This document shows positions 45,346 to 54,771 of a DNA stretch of 64,000 bases, piece by piece (the first letter of the stretch is position 1; the number at the start of each line of letters is the position of its first letter). The notes under the pieces were generated by a model. It was not told where the DNA came from, made no database searches, and saw only the letters and a list, made by a program, of their open reading frames with translations. Position numbers and translations under genes: made by a program. The DNA lies in assembly GCA_046760785.1 (NCBI GenBank), contig JBHIET010000002.1:17052-81051 (forward strand), written 5' to 3'. This stretch comes from Anaerolineae bacterium. Lineage in GTDB: Bacteria; Chloroflexota; Anaerolineae; B4-G1.

Positions 45346-46428
45346 ATGCGTGGCGGTCGAATGTTGATCATCATAGGGTTTGTCGTGCTGTTAGGGGCGG
45401 TGGTGGTGGGCGTCATTATGTGGTGGAACAGGAGGACGCCGACACCTTCTGCCCCGGAAGAAGTTGGCACGGTCGTGCCCTACGTAACACCGGAACAAAT
45501 GGCGGGAATTGTCGTGGCAGCCCAGAATCTTCCACGAGGTACCCGTATCACGAGTGATACGGTACAGATAGAGCCCTGGCCGACAGAGTCGGTTCCCGAG
45601 GGGGCGCTGAACGATGCTGGGGAAGCGCTTGGTCGCATCGCTCGCGTGGACATTGTGCGCAATATGCCGATTTTGGAGGGTATGCTCACCGAGGTGCCCG
45701 GCGACCTAGGCGCTATGGGGTCAGACGCGGCGCTGCAGATCCCCCCTGGGAAGGTGGCCTATGCGTTGCCGGTGGCGCGTTGGTCCAGCGTGGCCTGGGC
45801 CATTCAGCCTGGTGACCACGTGGATGTGCTCATCTCGCTGTTGCTCGTGGACCTCGACGAGGAGTTCCAATCTATCCTGCCCAGCAATGCTTCTTGCATG
45901 GAACCTCCAGAGGGGGAGGGTTGCCAGAGTGGAGTATTGGGACGGATGGAGGTGCTGGCCAACGGCTGGGTGGTCGGCGTAGGGCCAAGCGAGGCCCAGC
46001 GACCGCGCATGGTGACCCAATTGACGGTTCAAGACGCGGAGGTGCTCCGCGTGGGTGACTGGCCCATGGAGGGAGAGGAAGCTCCACCACCTGCCGAGGT
46101 GGAGGAGCCGGTGGAAGGGGAGGCCCCGCCGCCTGAACCTCAGCGTGCTGCGATCGAGCCGCTGACGCTGATCGTCACGCCGCAGGACGCGATGGTGCTC
46201 AAGTATGCCGAAGAAACCGGTGCCAGTATGGATCTGGTGCTACGCTCGGCTGGTGACCGCGATAAAGGCCTGGTCACCACCGAGTCAGTCACGCTGCAGT
46301 ATATCTTCGATCGCTTTAGCATCGAACTGCCGCCCAAGTTGCCCTACGGCGTCGAGCCTCGGCTTCAAGAGCTGCGACGAGGTCCGGCGGGTGAAGCGGG
46401 AAGTGGGGGTGGATCTGAGGGATACTAG
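45346..46428 (+). CDS. cpaB: Flp pilus assembly protein CpaB/RcpC (SAF domain)
   Basis: N-terminal TM MLIIIGFVVLLGAVVVGVIMWW, then the SAF-like block IVVAAQNLPRGTRITSDTVQIEPWP. RBS GGAAAGGGAG. Confidence 0.8.
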   Translation: MRGGRMLIIIGFVVLLGAVVVGVIMWWNRRTPTPSAPEEVGTVVPYVTPEQMAGIVVAAQNLPRGTRITSDTVQIEPWPTESVPEGALNDAGEALGRIARVDIVRNMPILEGMLTEVPGDLGAMGSDAALQIPPGKVAYALPVARWSSVAWAIQPGDHVDVLISLLLVDLDEEFQSILPSNASCMEPPEGEGCQSGVLGRMEVLANGWVVGVGPSEAQRPRMVTQLTVQDAEVLRVGDWPMEGEEAPPPAEVEEPVEGEAPPPEPQRAAIEPLTLIVTPQDAMVLKYAEETGASMDLVLRSAGDRDKGLVTTESVTLQYIFDRFSIELPPKLPYGVEPRLQELRRGPAGEAGSGGGSEGY

Positions 46429-46511
46429 CGTCAATATTCTGGAGGGTCGCCAGGGGGGCAGGAGATTTTCTTCTCTTTTTTCATATGGGGCAGAGGGATT
46501 GAACGGGTGGA

Positions 46512-47855
46512 ATGAACAAGGTGGAACGGCCAAAAGAGCGGATCCGGGTACTGCTTGTTGACGATATCGCGGAAACGAGGGAGAACTTGCGCAAGCTGCT
46601 CTCCTTCGATACTGGCATAGAGATCGTCGGTGCAGCGGCCTCGGGTCAAGAGGGTATCGAACTCGCCAAGCAATTCCAGCCACATATCGTCCTGATGGAT
46701 ATAAATATGCCTGGTATGGATGGCATCACTGCTACGGAGATGCTCCTGCGGGAGGTGCCGACAGCCCAGGTGGTTATGCTCTCCGTCCAGGGCGAGACCG
46801 ACTACGTGCGCCAGGCGATGTTGGCTGGTGCGAGAGATTTTCTCACCAAGCCGCCCAGTGGCGATGAATTGATGAGCACCATCCGTCGGGTCTATGAGAA
46901 GGGTAAGGCCCGGATGGAGATGATGGCGCCTGTGTCGCCGACCATTCCTACAGCAGTTTCGGCCGGGGCAGGAGAGGGGCGGCGCGAAGGGAGAGTAATC
47001 GCCGTCTTCGGTCCCAAGGGTGGTGTGGGGTGTACAACCATAGCGGTCAATCTGGCGATCGCGTTGCAGCAGATAGTTGGCAGCAGCCAGAAGGTCGCAC
47101 TGGTGGATACCAGTCTCCAGTTCGGGGATGTCGGGGTGATGCTCAACCTGCAGGCCAGCAGGAGCATCGCAGACCTAGCGCCTCAGATCGAGGATCTGGA
47201 CAGTGATATGTTGGGCAGCGTGCTGTCCTCTCATAGTTCAGGGATCAAGGCATTGCTGGCCCCGCCGCACCCAGAAGCAGCAGAAGGTCTGCTGATTGGT
47301 ACGTCATCGAATGAGGGATCAGGAGGTGGCTCGAAGCTTGGAAAGATCCTGGGGCTGATGCGAAAAGAGTTCGATATTATCGTCGTGGATACGTGGACTT
47401 GGGTGGATGAAACGACCCTGACTGTTTTTGATGTCGCTTCGCTGATTGTGCTCGTCGTGATGCCTAGCATTCCGTCCATCAAGAATGCTCGTCTCTTTCT
47501 TGAAATAGCGTCCAAGCTTGACTACTCGGCGGATGGTATCGCCTTGGTCGTCAATGGTGTCAGCCGGCGCATGCGTATACGGATAGACCAGATTGAACAT
47601 GCATTGATACCTGTCGCAACTCAGGTTCCCCTAGACGAGCAGGCCGTAGTAGCGGCGGCCAACCAAGGTGTGCCGTTGATCGTGCGCGACCGAAACCGAC
47701 CTATCTCCCAGAGCATTCTGCATCTTGCCGAATATGTTCGGGATAAGCTGTCAGAAGTTGGGGAGGAAGGAGCCCGGGAAGAAACATCACCGGTGGTGAT
47801 GGGAATAGGGGGTACGGGTCTGTTGCGCTTAAGACAAGTCTTTGAACAAGGATGA
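46512..47855 (+). CDS. tadZ: TadZ/CpaE-like ParA/MinD-family ATPase with N-terminal receiver (REC) domain
   Basis: RIRVLLVDDIAETRENLRKLL...IVLMDINMPGMDG (REC with phospho-acceptor Asp). RVIAVFGPKGGVGCTTIAVNLAIAL (deviant Walker A). Confidence 0.85.
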   Translation: MNKVERPKERIRVLLVDDIAETRENLRKLLSFDTGIEIVGAAASGQEGIELAKQFQPHIVLMDINMPGMDGITATEMLLREVPTAQVVMLSVQGETDYVRQAMLAGARDFLTKPPSGDELMSTIRRVYEKGKARMEMMAPVSPTIPTAVSAGAGEGRREGRVIAVFGPKGGVGCTTIAVNLAIALQQIVGSSQKVALVDTSLQFGDVGVMLNLQASRSIADLAPQIEDLDSDMLGSVLSSHSSGIKALLAPPHPEAAEGLLIGTSSNEGSGGGSKLGKILGLMRKEFDIIVVDTWTWVDETTLTVFDVASLIVLVVMPSIPSIKNARLFLEIASKLDYSADGIALVVNGVSRRMRIRIDQIEHALIPVATQVPLDEQAVVAAANQGVPLIVRDRNRPISQSILHLAEYVRDKLSEVGEEGAREETSPVVMGIGGTGLLRLRQVFEQG

Positions 47856-47923
47856 GACAGTCTGCCGCGCATTTGGTGATGTAGGGCGTGTATGGAGCGT
47901 GGCTCTGTTAGAGAGGTGGAGAA

Positions 47924-49297
47924 ATGTCATTGTTGAGGCGGATTGAGCAGGGACAACAAACGGTCACACAACAGCCTTCACAGAGGAGCGAGTTGCGAGT
48001 GCGGCGACGACCAGCCTCTCCTGCTCGTGATGCCTACATGGACCTTAAGACGCGCATCCAGAACAAATTGATCGCCGAGCTGGATCCAACGATGGATGTC
48101 ACCAAGACGGATGAGGTGCGTCGCACGATCGAGGAGATGTACAACAACATCCTGGCTGAGGAGAAGATTCCTCTCAGCCGGTCAGAGCGCCAGCGGCTGT
48201 TTGAGTTAATCGTCGCGGAGATACTGGGCCTGGGGCCACTGGAGCCATTCTTGGCTGACCCCACTATCACCGAGGTCATGGTGAACGGCGCTAAGAATAT
48301 CTACATCGAGCGCGATGGGAAAGTACAGCGCACAAATGCTGTCTTCGAATCCGACGAGCACCTGATGCGCATCATCGAACGCATCGTCGCGCCCTTGGGG
48401 CGGCGCATTGACGAGAGTTCGCCCTACGTGGATGCGCGCTTGCCGGACGGCTCCCGTGTGAACGCTGTGATTCCACCAATTTCCCTGATCGGGCCGGTGC
48501 TGACAATCCGCAAGTTCTTCAAGATTCCGCTCACGGTCGAACGATTGATCGAGTTGGGGACCGTGACCCCGGAGGCGATGGAGCTTTTGAAGGCTGCCGT
48601 GGTAGCGAAACTGAACATAACAATCTCAGGAGGCACCGGCTCCGGCAAGACAACCTTTTTGAATATTCTTTCCGGCTATATCCCCAATGATGAACGTATT
48701 CTCACCATTGAGAACGCCGCCGAGCTGCAACTGCGCCAGGAACACGTCGTGACGCTGGAGTCGCGCCCGCCCAATATCGAAGGCCGGGGCGAGATCACTA
48801 TTCGAGACCTGGTGATCAACAGTTTGCGCATGCGCCCGGATCGGATCATCGTGGGTGAGTGCCGGGGTGCTGAGGCTTTTGACATGCTGCAGGCGATGAA
48901 CACAGGTCACGAGGGCAGCTTGACTACAATCCATGCCAACAATCCCCGCGAGGCGCTGGCTCGCCTGGAGAATATGATTCTGATGGCGGGTATGGAACTG
49001 CCCCACAGAGCTATCCGCGAGCAGATCGCCGCCGCACTGGACGCGATTATCCAACTGGAGCGTATGCGGGATGGGAGCCGCAAGGTCGTCGCTATCACCG
49101 AGGTGCAGGGTATGGAGGGGGACGTGATCACGATGTCTGAAGTATTCAAGTTTGAGCAGGCCGGTTACGAGGACGGTCGGATTATTGGCGCGTTGCGTCC
49201 CACAGGATTGCGTCCCAGGTTTATGGAGAAGATCGAGGCGTCTGGCATCCACTTGCCACCCGGCATTTTTGGCTTGGGGCAACAGATGCGGTACTAG
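47924..49297 (+). CDS. cpaF: Tad secretion ATPase CpaF/TadA (VirB11/GspE family)
   Basis: [18 protein letters not shown] Walker [46 protein letters not shown]. Confidence 0.9.
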   Translation: MSLLRRIEQGQQTVTQQPSQRSELRVRRRPASPARDAYMDLKTRIQNKLIAELDPTMDVTKTDEVRRTIEEMYNNILAEEKIPLSRSERQRLFELIVAEILGLGPLEPFLADPTITEVMVNGAKNIYIERDGKVQRTNAVFESDEHLMRIIERIVAPLGRRIDESSPYVDARLPDGSRVNAVIPPISLIGPVLTIRKFFKIPLTVERLIELGTVTPEAMELLKAAVVAKLNITISGGTGSGKTTFLNILSGYIPNDERILTIENAAELQLRQEHVVTLESRPPNIEGRGEITIRDLVINSLRMRPDRIIVGECRGAEAFDMLQAMNTGHEGSLTTIHANNPREALARLENMILMAGMELPHRAIREQIAAALDAIIQLERMRDGSRKVVAITEVQGMEGDVITMSEVFKFEQAGYEDGRIIGALRPTGLRPRFMEKIEASGIHLPPGIFGLGQQMRY

Positions 49298-49372
49298 GTT
49301 CATCCGAAGCCTCCGATCCCCAGGGCATTAGAGTAAGAGTCGCACGTCAGGTGAAGTGGGGGAGGGAAAGCG

Positions 49373-50311
49373 ATGACGGGGTTGATCATAGCGCTTATAG
49401 TGGTTGGTCTGGGCATAGTGGTGGGTGGGCTCGTCATTTCTCGCCGGTCCAGCCGTCTCATCGAGGAGCGGTTGGGCATCGCTGAGGAGGTGGTGGCGGC
49501 TGAGGCACCAGGGCTCCGCAAGTCCCCTGTGGGAGATGTGCTGAATCGCGCATTGGCCCGCCGAGGGTTGGGCGCCAACCTGGCGACACAACTGGCGCGG
49601 GCAGACCTGAAAATCACTGTAGGGGAATTCATGGCGGCGACCGTCATCCTTGTCTTGGTGGGCGCAGGATTAGTCTACTTTCTGACTGGAGACTTGGTGG
49701 CCGCTGCTGGGGCCTGTCTGCTTGGCTTTTTCGCCCCCCGCCTGTACATCGGAGTGGTGCGTGGGCGACGGTTGAAGGCGTTCAACGATCAACTTGGCGA
49801 TTCCATCAACCTGCTCGTCAATTCTCTCCGTGCCGGCTATAGCATCTTACAGGCTATGGAGGCGGTGGCACAAGAGATGGGCCCGCCGGTCTCTACCGAG
49901 TTTGGCAGGGTGGTTCAAGAGGTGCAACTCGGCATGACGCTGGAGCAAGCGCTGAGCCACATGTTGCGCCGTATCACCAGCGACGATCTGGATATGATGG
50001 TCACGGCCATCAATGTACAGCGCGAAGTGGGTGGTAACCTGGCCGAGGTGCTGGATGCGATCAGTCATACAATCCGGGAACGCATTCGGATTAAGGGCGA
50101 GATCCGCGCCCTTTCAGCCCAGAGCCGCTGGTCGGGTTATATCGTCAGCCTTGTTCCGGTCGTTCTGGCAATAGCTATGTATTTCATCAACCGCGAGTTC
50201 ATGACGCTGTTGTTCACCGAGCGTTGTGGATGGATCATGATCGGCGTAGCAATATTGGGGATTATATTGGGTTACGTAGTCATCAATAGGATCGTGCAGA
50301 TTGACGTGTAG
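49373..50311 (+). CDS. tadB: TadB (GspF-like platform protein)
   Basis: N-terminal TM, T2SSF-like cytoplasmic domain (LVNSLRAGYSILQAMEAVAQE), C-terminal TMs. Confidence 0.8.
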   Translation: MTGLIIALIVVGLGIVVGGLVISRRSSRLIEERLGIAEEVVAAEAPGLRKSPVGDVLNRALARRGLGANLATQLARADLKITVGEFMAATVILVLVGAGLVYFLTGDLVAAAGACLLGFFAPRLYIGVVRGRRLKAFNDQLGDSINLLVNSLRAGYSILQAMEAVAQEMGPPVSTEFGRVVQEVQLGMTLEQALSHMLRRITSDDLDMMVTAINVQREVGGNLAEVLDAISHTIRERIRIKGEIRALSAQSRWSGYIVSLVPVVLAIAMYFINREFMTLLFTERCGWIMIGVAILGIILGYVVINRIVQIDV

Positions 50312-50325
50312 TGAGGTGTGGGCAG

Positions 50326-51276
50326 ATGATATATATCCTGGTTTTGTTTGTGCTGGCCGGCTTGGTTCTGCTCGTCGTTGGCCTGGTTGGGTCACGGAAA
50401 CCCATCACTATTGAGGACCGCCTCGCAGAGTACGGTACGCTAGAGCAACCACTTACCTTGGAGGAGATCGAACTGTCTCAGCCGTTCTTCGAGCGAGTTC
50501 TATTGCCCTTGGTGAGGGGGCTGGCGCAGTTCGTGATGCGCTTCACGCCACGGCGGAGTATGGAGGCAACTCAGCACTCACTTGACTTGGCGGGCAATCC
50601 CTACGGCTGGGGGCCCACCGAGTTTATGGGAATTCGCCTGCTAGCCACACTCCTGTTGGGAGGGCTTGGTTTTGTCTTGTTCATAACGGCGGGTTACCTG
50701 CCCTTAATGCGGCGTATTATGATGGCTGGAGGCGCGGTCGGGCTGGGTTATTACCTGCCGGTACTGTGGCTGAAGTCGAAGACCAGCAGGCGAAAACAGT
50801 CCATCCTCAAATCCTTGCCCGATGCATTGGACTTGCTGACGATTTGTGTGGAAGCAGGGCTGGGCTTTGATTCTGCTTTGAGCAGAGTAATTGACAAGTG
50901 GGACAATGATCTGAGTCAGGCGTTTGCGCGGGTGCTCCAAGAGATCCAGTTGGGTAAACTACGCCGCGAGGCGCTGCGTGACATGGCGGACCGTATGGAT
51001 GTCCCAGACGTGTCAACTTTTGTGGCGGCCATCGTTCAGGCAGAGCAGTTGGGTGTCAGTATCGCTAGGGTGTTGCGCATTCAGTCGGATCAGATGCGTA
51101 TGCGGCGGCGTCAGCGGGCTGAAGAATTGGCCCGCTCAGCAGGTATCAAGATGATGCCTGCGATTGCTTTTCTGATCTTTCCGGCTATTTTCATCGTCTT
51201 ACTGGGGCCTGCTGCCCTCCAACTGATGACACGGGCAAATCCCTTCACGGGTGGCATCGGTGGTGGTTTTCCTTAA
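50326..51276 (+). CDS. tadC: TadC (GspF-like platform protein)
   Basis: MIYILVLFVLAGLVLLVVGL TM. T2SSF domain (LPDALDLLTICVEAGLGFDSAL). ATG at 50326 with GAGGTG RBS. The six-frame ORF starts at 50311. Confidence 0.8.
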   Translation: MIYILVLFVLAGLVLLVVGLVGSRKPITIEDRLAEYGTLEQPLTLEEIELSQPFFERVLLPLVRGLAQFVMRFTPRRSMEATQHSLDLAGNPYGWGPTEFMGIRLLATLLLGGLGFVLFITAGYLPLMRRIMMAGGAVGLGYYLPVLWLKSKTSRRKQSILKSLPDALDLLTICVEAGLGFDSALSRVIDKWDNDLSQAFARVLQEIQLGKLRREALRDMADRMDVPDVSTFVAAIVQAEQLGVSIARVLRIQSDQMRMRRRQRAEELARSAGIKMMPAIAFLIFPAIFIVLLGPAALQLMTRANPFTGGIGGGFP

Positions 51277-51284
51277 AAGCGGGG

Positions 51285-52019
51285 ATGGACGTTGTCCCCG
51301 AAGTAATCGTGCGCTCGTCGGTTTTGCTGGCAGGTCGTGATTTCTGGAGATGGTTTCTTGATCTCCTTTACCCCCCGCGTTGTGTTGGTTGTCGTCGGGT
51401 GGGCACGTGGCTGTGTACTGAGTGCCTGGATCAGATTCCTCGCGTTGAACCCCCTTTTTGCGCCCGCTGTGGGGACATGGTGGTAGCCGATGGTCTCTGT
51501 GCGCGTTGCCGGACTGCCCCTTTGCAGATTGAACGCATACGCTCCGTCGTCTATTTTGAAGGTGTGCTCCGTGAAGCGATGCATCGGCTCAAATACCGTG
51601 GTCGTACTGTGCTGGCCGAGCCCCTGGGTGGGTTGATGGCGGCGTATTGGACACAACACCCAATGTCGGCTGACCTCGTTGTGCCTGTGCCGCTGCACCC
51701 TGCTCGCCTGCGCGAACGGGGGTATAATCAGGCGGCGCTGTTGGCCCGTGAGATGGCGCGTCGGACGGGGCTGGTGGTGGAAGAGCAGGCGCTGATACGG
51801 CAACGTGCGACGGCCCCGCAGGTTGAACTCAATGCCAGGCAGCGAAAGGAGAACGTGCGCGACGCCTTCCGTTGCTCAGGCAACTCATTGGCCGGCAAGC
51901 GCGTATTGCTGATTGACGACGTTTGTACCACAGGCGCCACACTGGAAGCCTGCGCCGTAGCCCTGTACGCAGGAGGGGCGCGTGATGTGCAGGCTCTGAC
52001 GTTGGCCCGTGCACGTTAG
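51285..52019 (+). CDS. ComF-family protein (phosphoribosyltransferase-type, ComFC-like)
   Basis: N-terminal double Cys pairs (CVGCRRVGTWLCTEC...CARCG...CARC). C-terminal PRTase motif VLLIDDVCTTGATL. Confidence 0.8.
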   Translation: MDVVPEVIVRSSVLLAGRDFWRWFLDLLYPPRCVGCRRVGTWLCTECLDQIPRVEPPFCARCGDMVVADGLCARCRTAPLQIERIRSVVYFEGVLREAMHRLKYRGRTVLAEPLGGLMAAYWTQHPMSADLVVPVPLHPARLRERGYNQAALLAREMARRTGLVVEEQALIRQRATAPQVELNARQRKENVRDAFRCSGNSLAGKRVLLIDDVCTTGATLEACAVALYAGGARDVQALTLARAR

Positions 52020-52093
52020 CAGAAGCCTGGTTGGTCGTTTCGCCGTCAGGAGTCTGCTGACATCAACAACTTGTTGTCAAGGGAGGAAATCCT

Positions 52094-52630
52094 ATGGGAG
52101 TGTCTATCTTTGCCCGAAACATGGAACTGACTCCACGACTGAGGGAGCGCGTGGAGCAGAAGGTTGGAAAACTGGATCGCTACCTGCCCTCAATTGACGA
52201 AACGCGGGTGGATTTGAAGGTAGAGAACACACGCAGCAATGCCCATCGCCAGGTAGCACAGTTGACAGTGCGGGTGCGAGGTACGATTCTGCGGGCAGAA
52301 GAGCGTACCAATGATATGTTCGCTTCGATTGACGCAGTTGTGGACAAAATGTACCGCCAGATCGCGCGTTACAAGGGCAAGCGTCAGGATAGATGGCACA
52401 CGGTCATTGAGGGACTACCTGTAGAGGAGTCTGTGGAGCGGCCTGTGGGTGAGATTGTCCGCGTCAAGCGCTTTGAAGTGTTGCCTATGTCGCGGGAGGA
52501 GGCGATTGAGCAAATGGAGCTGCTGGGTCATCACTTCTACGTCTTTCTGGACGCGGATGAGGATGCCATAAACGTATTGTACAAGCGGGATGATGGCAAT
52601 TATGGTCTGTTGCAGCCGGAATTCGGCTGA
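52094..52630 (+). CDS. hpf: Ribosome hibernation-promoting factor, long form (HPF/YfiA with C-terminal dimerisation domain)
   Basis: MGVSIFARNMELTPRLRERVEQKVGKLDRYLP matches the HPF N-terminus. C-terminal VKRFEVLPMSREEAIEQMELLGHHFYVF. RBS AGGGAGGAAA. Confidence 0.85.
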   Translation: MGVSIFARNMELTPRLRERVEQKVGKLDRYLPSIDETRVDLKVENTRSNAHRQVAQLTVRVRGTILRAEERTNDMFASIDAVVDKMYRQIARYKGKRQDRWHTVIEGLPVEESVERPVGEIVRVKRFEVLPMSREEAIEQMELLGHHFYVFLDADEDAINVLYKRDDGNYGLLQPEFG

Positions 52631-52728
52631 GTGGGGGGAAATATTCGGAGTACTTGCTCAAAACCAGGTTCCAAAATGTAGGAGGCGTCCCCAGACGCCG
52701 AGGTTGGGTTCTGAGGGACTCTCCTTAC

Positions 52729-52750
52729 AGAAAACCGCTGGTTTTTTCGA
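52729..52750 (+). terminator. Weak intrinsic terminator candidate after hpf
   Basis: cagaaaacc gct ggttttttcg (6-bp stem, T tract). Confidence 0.35.
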
Positions 52751-52813
52751 TATGCCTGTGCGGAGGGGTTCGGTGTCAACCGGGCCCCTTTATGATGAAT
52801 AGGAGGAGCCCGG

Positions 52814-53935
52814 TTGACGGAGAAGGTGACGCTACTCCTCTTGGTCGGGGGGTGGGGGCAGAGCGAGGTGGAACAGGCCCTGGATGGGGCTCACCGAGCG
52901 GCGGCGCGCGATTTGTTGGAGATGTTGCTGCGCACGGGTATGATTGGCCGGGCCGTGGTCGTTACTGGCGATCCTGTGTGGGGCGATACGCTCGCCGATT
53001 TGCCCGTTGAGGTGGATCTCGATCCGCCGGGGGAGCCCTTTCACTTCGGGCGGCGACTGGCCAGGTTGATCGAGCGATATGATGCACAGCATGTGCTCTA
53101 CAGCGGAGGCGCTTCGGCTCCTCTGCTGGGCGTTGAGCAGTGGGGCGAGGTGCTGGCCCACTTGGGGGGGGCAGAGCGGCTGGTGGTCACCAATAACTTG
53201 CACTCCTGCGATTGGGTGGGGTTTGCTCCTGCGGTCGAGATGGCTCCACTGATCGCGCAGCAAGCGAGTGACAACGCGGTAGCCTGGGCGCTGGCCCACG
53301 AGAGGGGGCTGCCAGTCGAATCGTTGCCCCCGTCGGCTGCAACGCGCTTCGATCTCGATACGCCGGTGGACCTACTGATCATGCAGCGCCATCCAGATGT
53401 TAGACCGTGTCTGCGCCGTTTCCTCGACGGGTTGGGCTGGGAAGCACCACAGTTGGACGGAGTGCTGGCCGCGATGTCCCATGAAGGTGGAAGCCTGGCA
53501 GTCGTGGGTCGGGCGTCGTCGTTGGCTTGGGAGGCCTTGGAGCAGGCGACCCGTTGTTGGGTGCGGGTCTTCGTCGAAGAGCGAGGGATGAGAGCCAGCG
53601 GCCGGCAGGAGCGGGGGGAGGTGCGCTCGCTGCTGGCTGACTATCTAGGTTTGGTGGGTGTCGAGGGCTTCTTTGATGAGCTGGCGGAACTGGTTGACGG
53701 GGTGCTGTTCGATGCTCGCGTGATTCTGGCGGCGCGGGGACTGTGGCCCTCAACGCCCGATCGTTTCAACTCCGATCTGCACCGGTGGGATAGGGTGAGG
53801 GAGCCTTTCTTGCGCCGTTTCACCCGGGTAGCGGCTGAGGCACGGGTGCCGGTGGTGCTGGGTGGACACTCGGTGGTGGCTGGAGGGCTGATGGCATTGG
53901 TCGAATCGTTCGAGGCTGGTCGGCAGGAGGTGTGA
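52814..53935 (+). CDS. Hypothetical protein (possible NTP-transferase-like fold, not resolved)
   Basis: LLLVGGWGQS....AVVVTGDP is faintly MobA/CofC-like. No confident motif. Confidence 0.35.
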   Translation: MTEKVTLLLLVGGWGQSEVEQALDGAHRAAARDLLEMLLRTGMIGRAVVVTGDPVWGDTLADLPVEVDLDPPGEPFHFGRRLARLIERYDAQHVLYSGGASAPLLGVEQWGEVLAHLGGAERLVVTNNLHSCDWVGFAPAVEMAPLIAQQASDNAVAWALAHERGLPVESLPPSAATRFDLDTPVDLLIMQRHPDVRPCLRRFLDGLGWEAPQLDGVLAAMSHEGGSLAVVGRASSLAWEALEQATRCWVRVFVEERGMRASGRQERGEVRSLLADYLGLVGVEGFFDELAELVDGVLFDARVILAARGLWPSTPDRFNSDLHRWDRVREPFLRRFTRVAAEARVPVVLGGHSVVAGGLMALVESFEAGRQEV

Positions 53936-54411
53936 TGCCGACAGTGCTTTTCATTTGCACGGGGAATCTCTGCCGTTCCCCGATGGCAGCGGCTTTGTTG
54001 CAGGCACGGCTGGCCCGCGACGATGCAGGGCGGGATTGGCAGGTGGGGTCGGCTGGTACTTGGACGACCGATGGACGGCCGGCGAGCGCACATGCCATCG
54101 CAGAAATGGCTCAGCGTGGGATTGACCTGCGTGCCCATCGCTCGCGCAACGTCACTCGTAACATGATGGCCGAGGCCGATCTGGTCTTGGCGATGGCACG
54201 CTACCACGTCGAGGCGCTAGGAGCAGCTTTCCCCGAGTACGTTCACAAGGTATATCTGCTCAGCCAGATGGTGGGGCAGATGTACGACGTCTACGACCCG
54301 TACGGGGGTACAAGGCAGGAGTATGCGTACATTGCCAGGGAGTTGGAGCAGTTGATTGAGGACGGCTACGAGTGCATCGTGTCGTTGATCGAAGGGGCGT
54401 CTGAGGGCTGA
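53932..54411 (+). CDS. Low-molecular-weight protein-tyrosine phosphatase
   Basis: VLFICTGNLCRSPMAAALL (C-x5-R P-loop). DVYDPYGG (DP general-acid loop). Confidence 0.85.
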   Translation: MMPTVLFICTGNLCRSPMAAALLQARLARDDAGRDWQVGSAGTWTTDGRPASAHAIAEMAQRGIDLRAHRSRNVTRNMMAEADLVLAMARYHVEALGAAFPEYVHKVYLLSQMVGQMYDVYDPYGGTRQEYAYIARELEQLIEDGYECIVSLIEGASEG

Positions 54412-54725
54412 AAGTCGCCCAGATACTTCACCCAGTGCAGTTCTTCCTTTACCGCATTGTAGAGCCGACGGTCGGCAGTCCAGAACTCGCAGTCGAACAT
54501 CTCGGCCAGGGCCAGGTAGTGGGCGTCATACGCTGTGGGGCAGTTGAAGCGGGTGGCCGGTTCCCAGGCCTGGCGATGCAATCCATCCGGGTATATCAAC
54601 TTGACATCGGTCTCCAAAGCCTCCCTCAGAACTGCGTCTCCTTCCTGCGGTTTGATGAGTTCCCGATTGACAATCTCGCCCCACCGTCTCTTGGCCTCGG
54701 TTATGCTGATGGTTGTAGTGTCCAT
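54366..54725 (-). CDS. Short PIN-domain-like protein (VapC-like), solitary, convergently overlapping the LMW-PTP 3' end
   Basis: C-terminal CPTAYDAHYLALAEMFDCEFWTADRRL is a PIN C-terminal signature. N-terminal MDTT... RBS GAGAGG upstream. No antitoxin ORF in the 46-nt gap to proS. Confidence 0.4.
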   Translation of the reverse strand: MDTTTISITEAKRRWGEIVNRELIKPQEGDAVLREALETDVKLIYPDGLHRQAWEPATRFNCPTAYDAHYLALAEMFDCEFWTADRRLYNAVKEELHWVKYLGDFQPSDAPSINDTMHS

Positions 54726-54771
54726 CCTTAATACCTCTCATTGGGCTTATTGGTCATTTTGACCATTAAAA

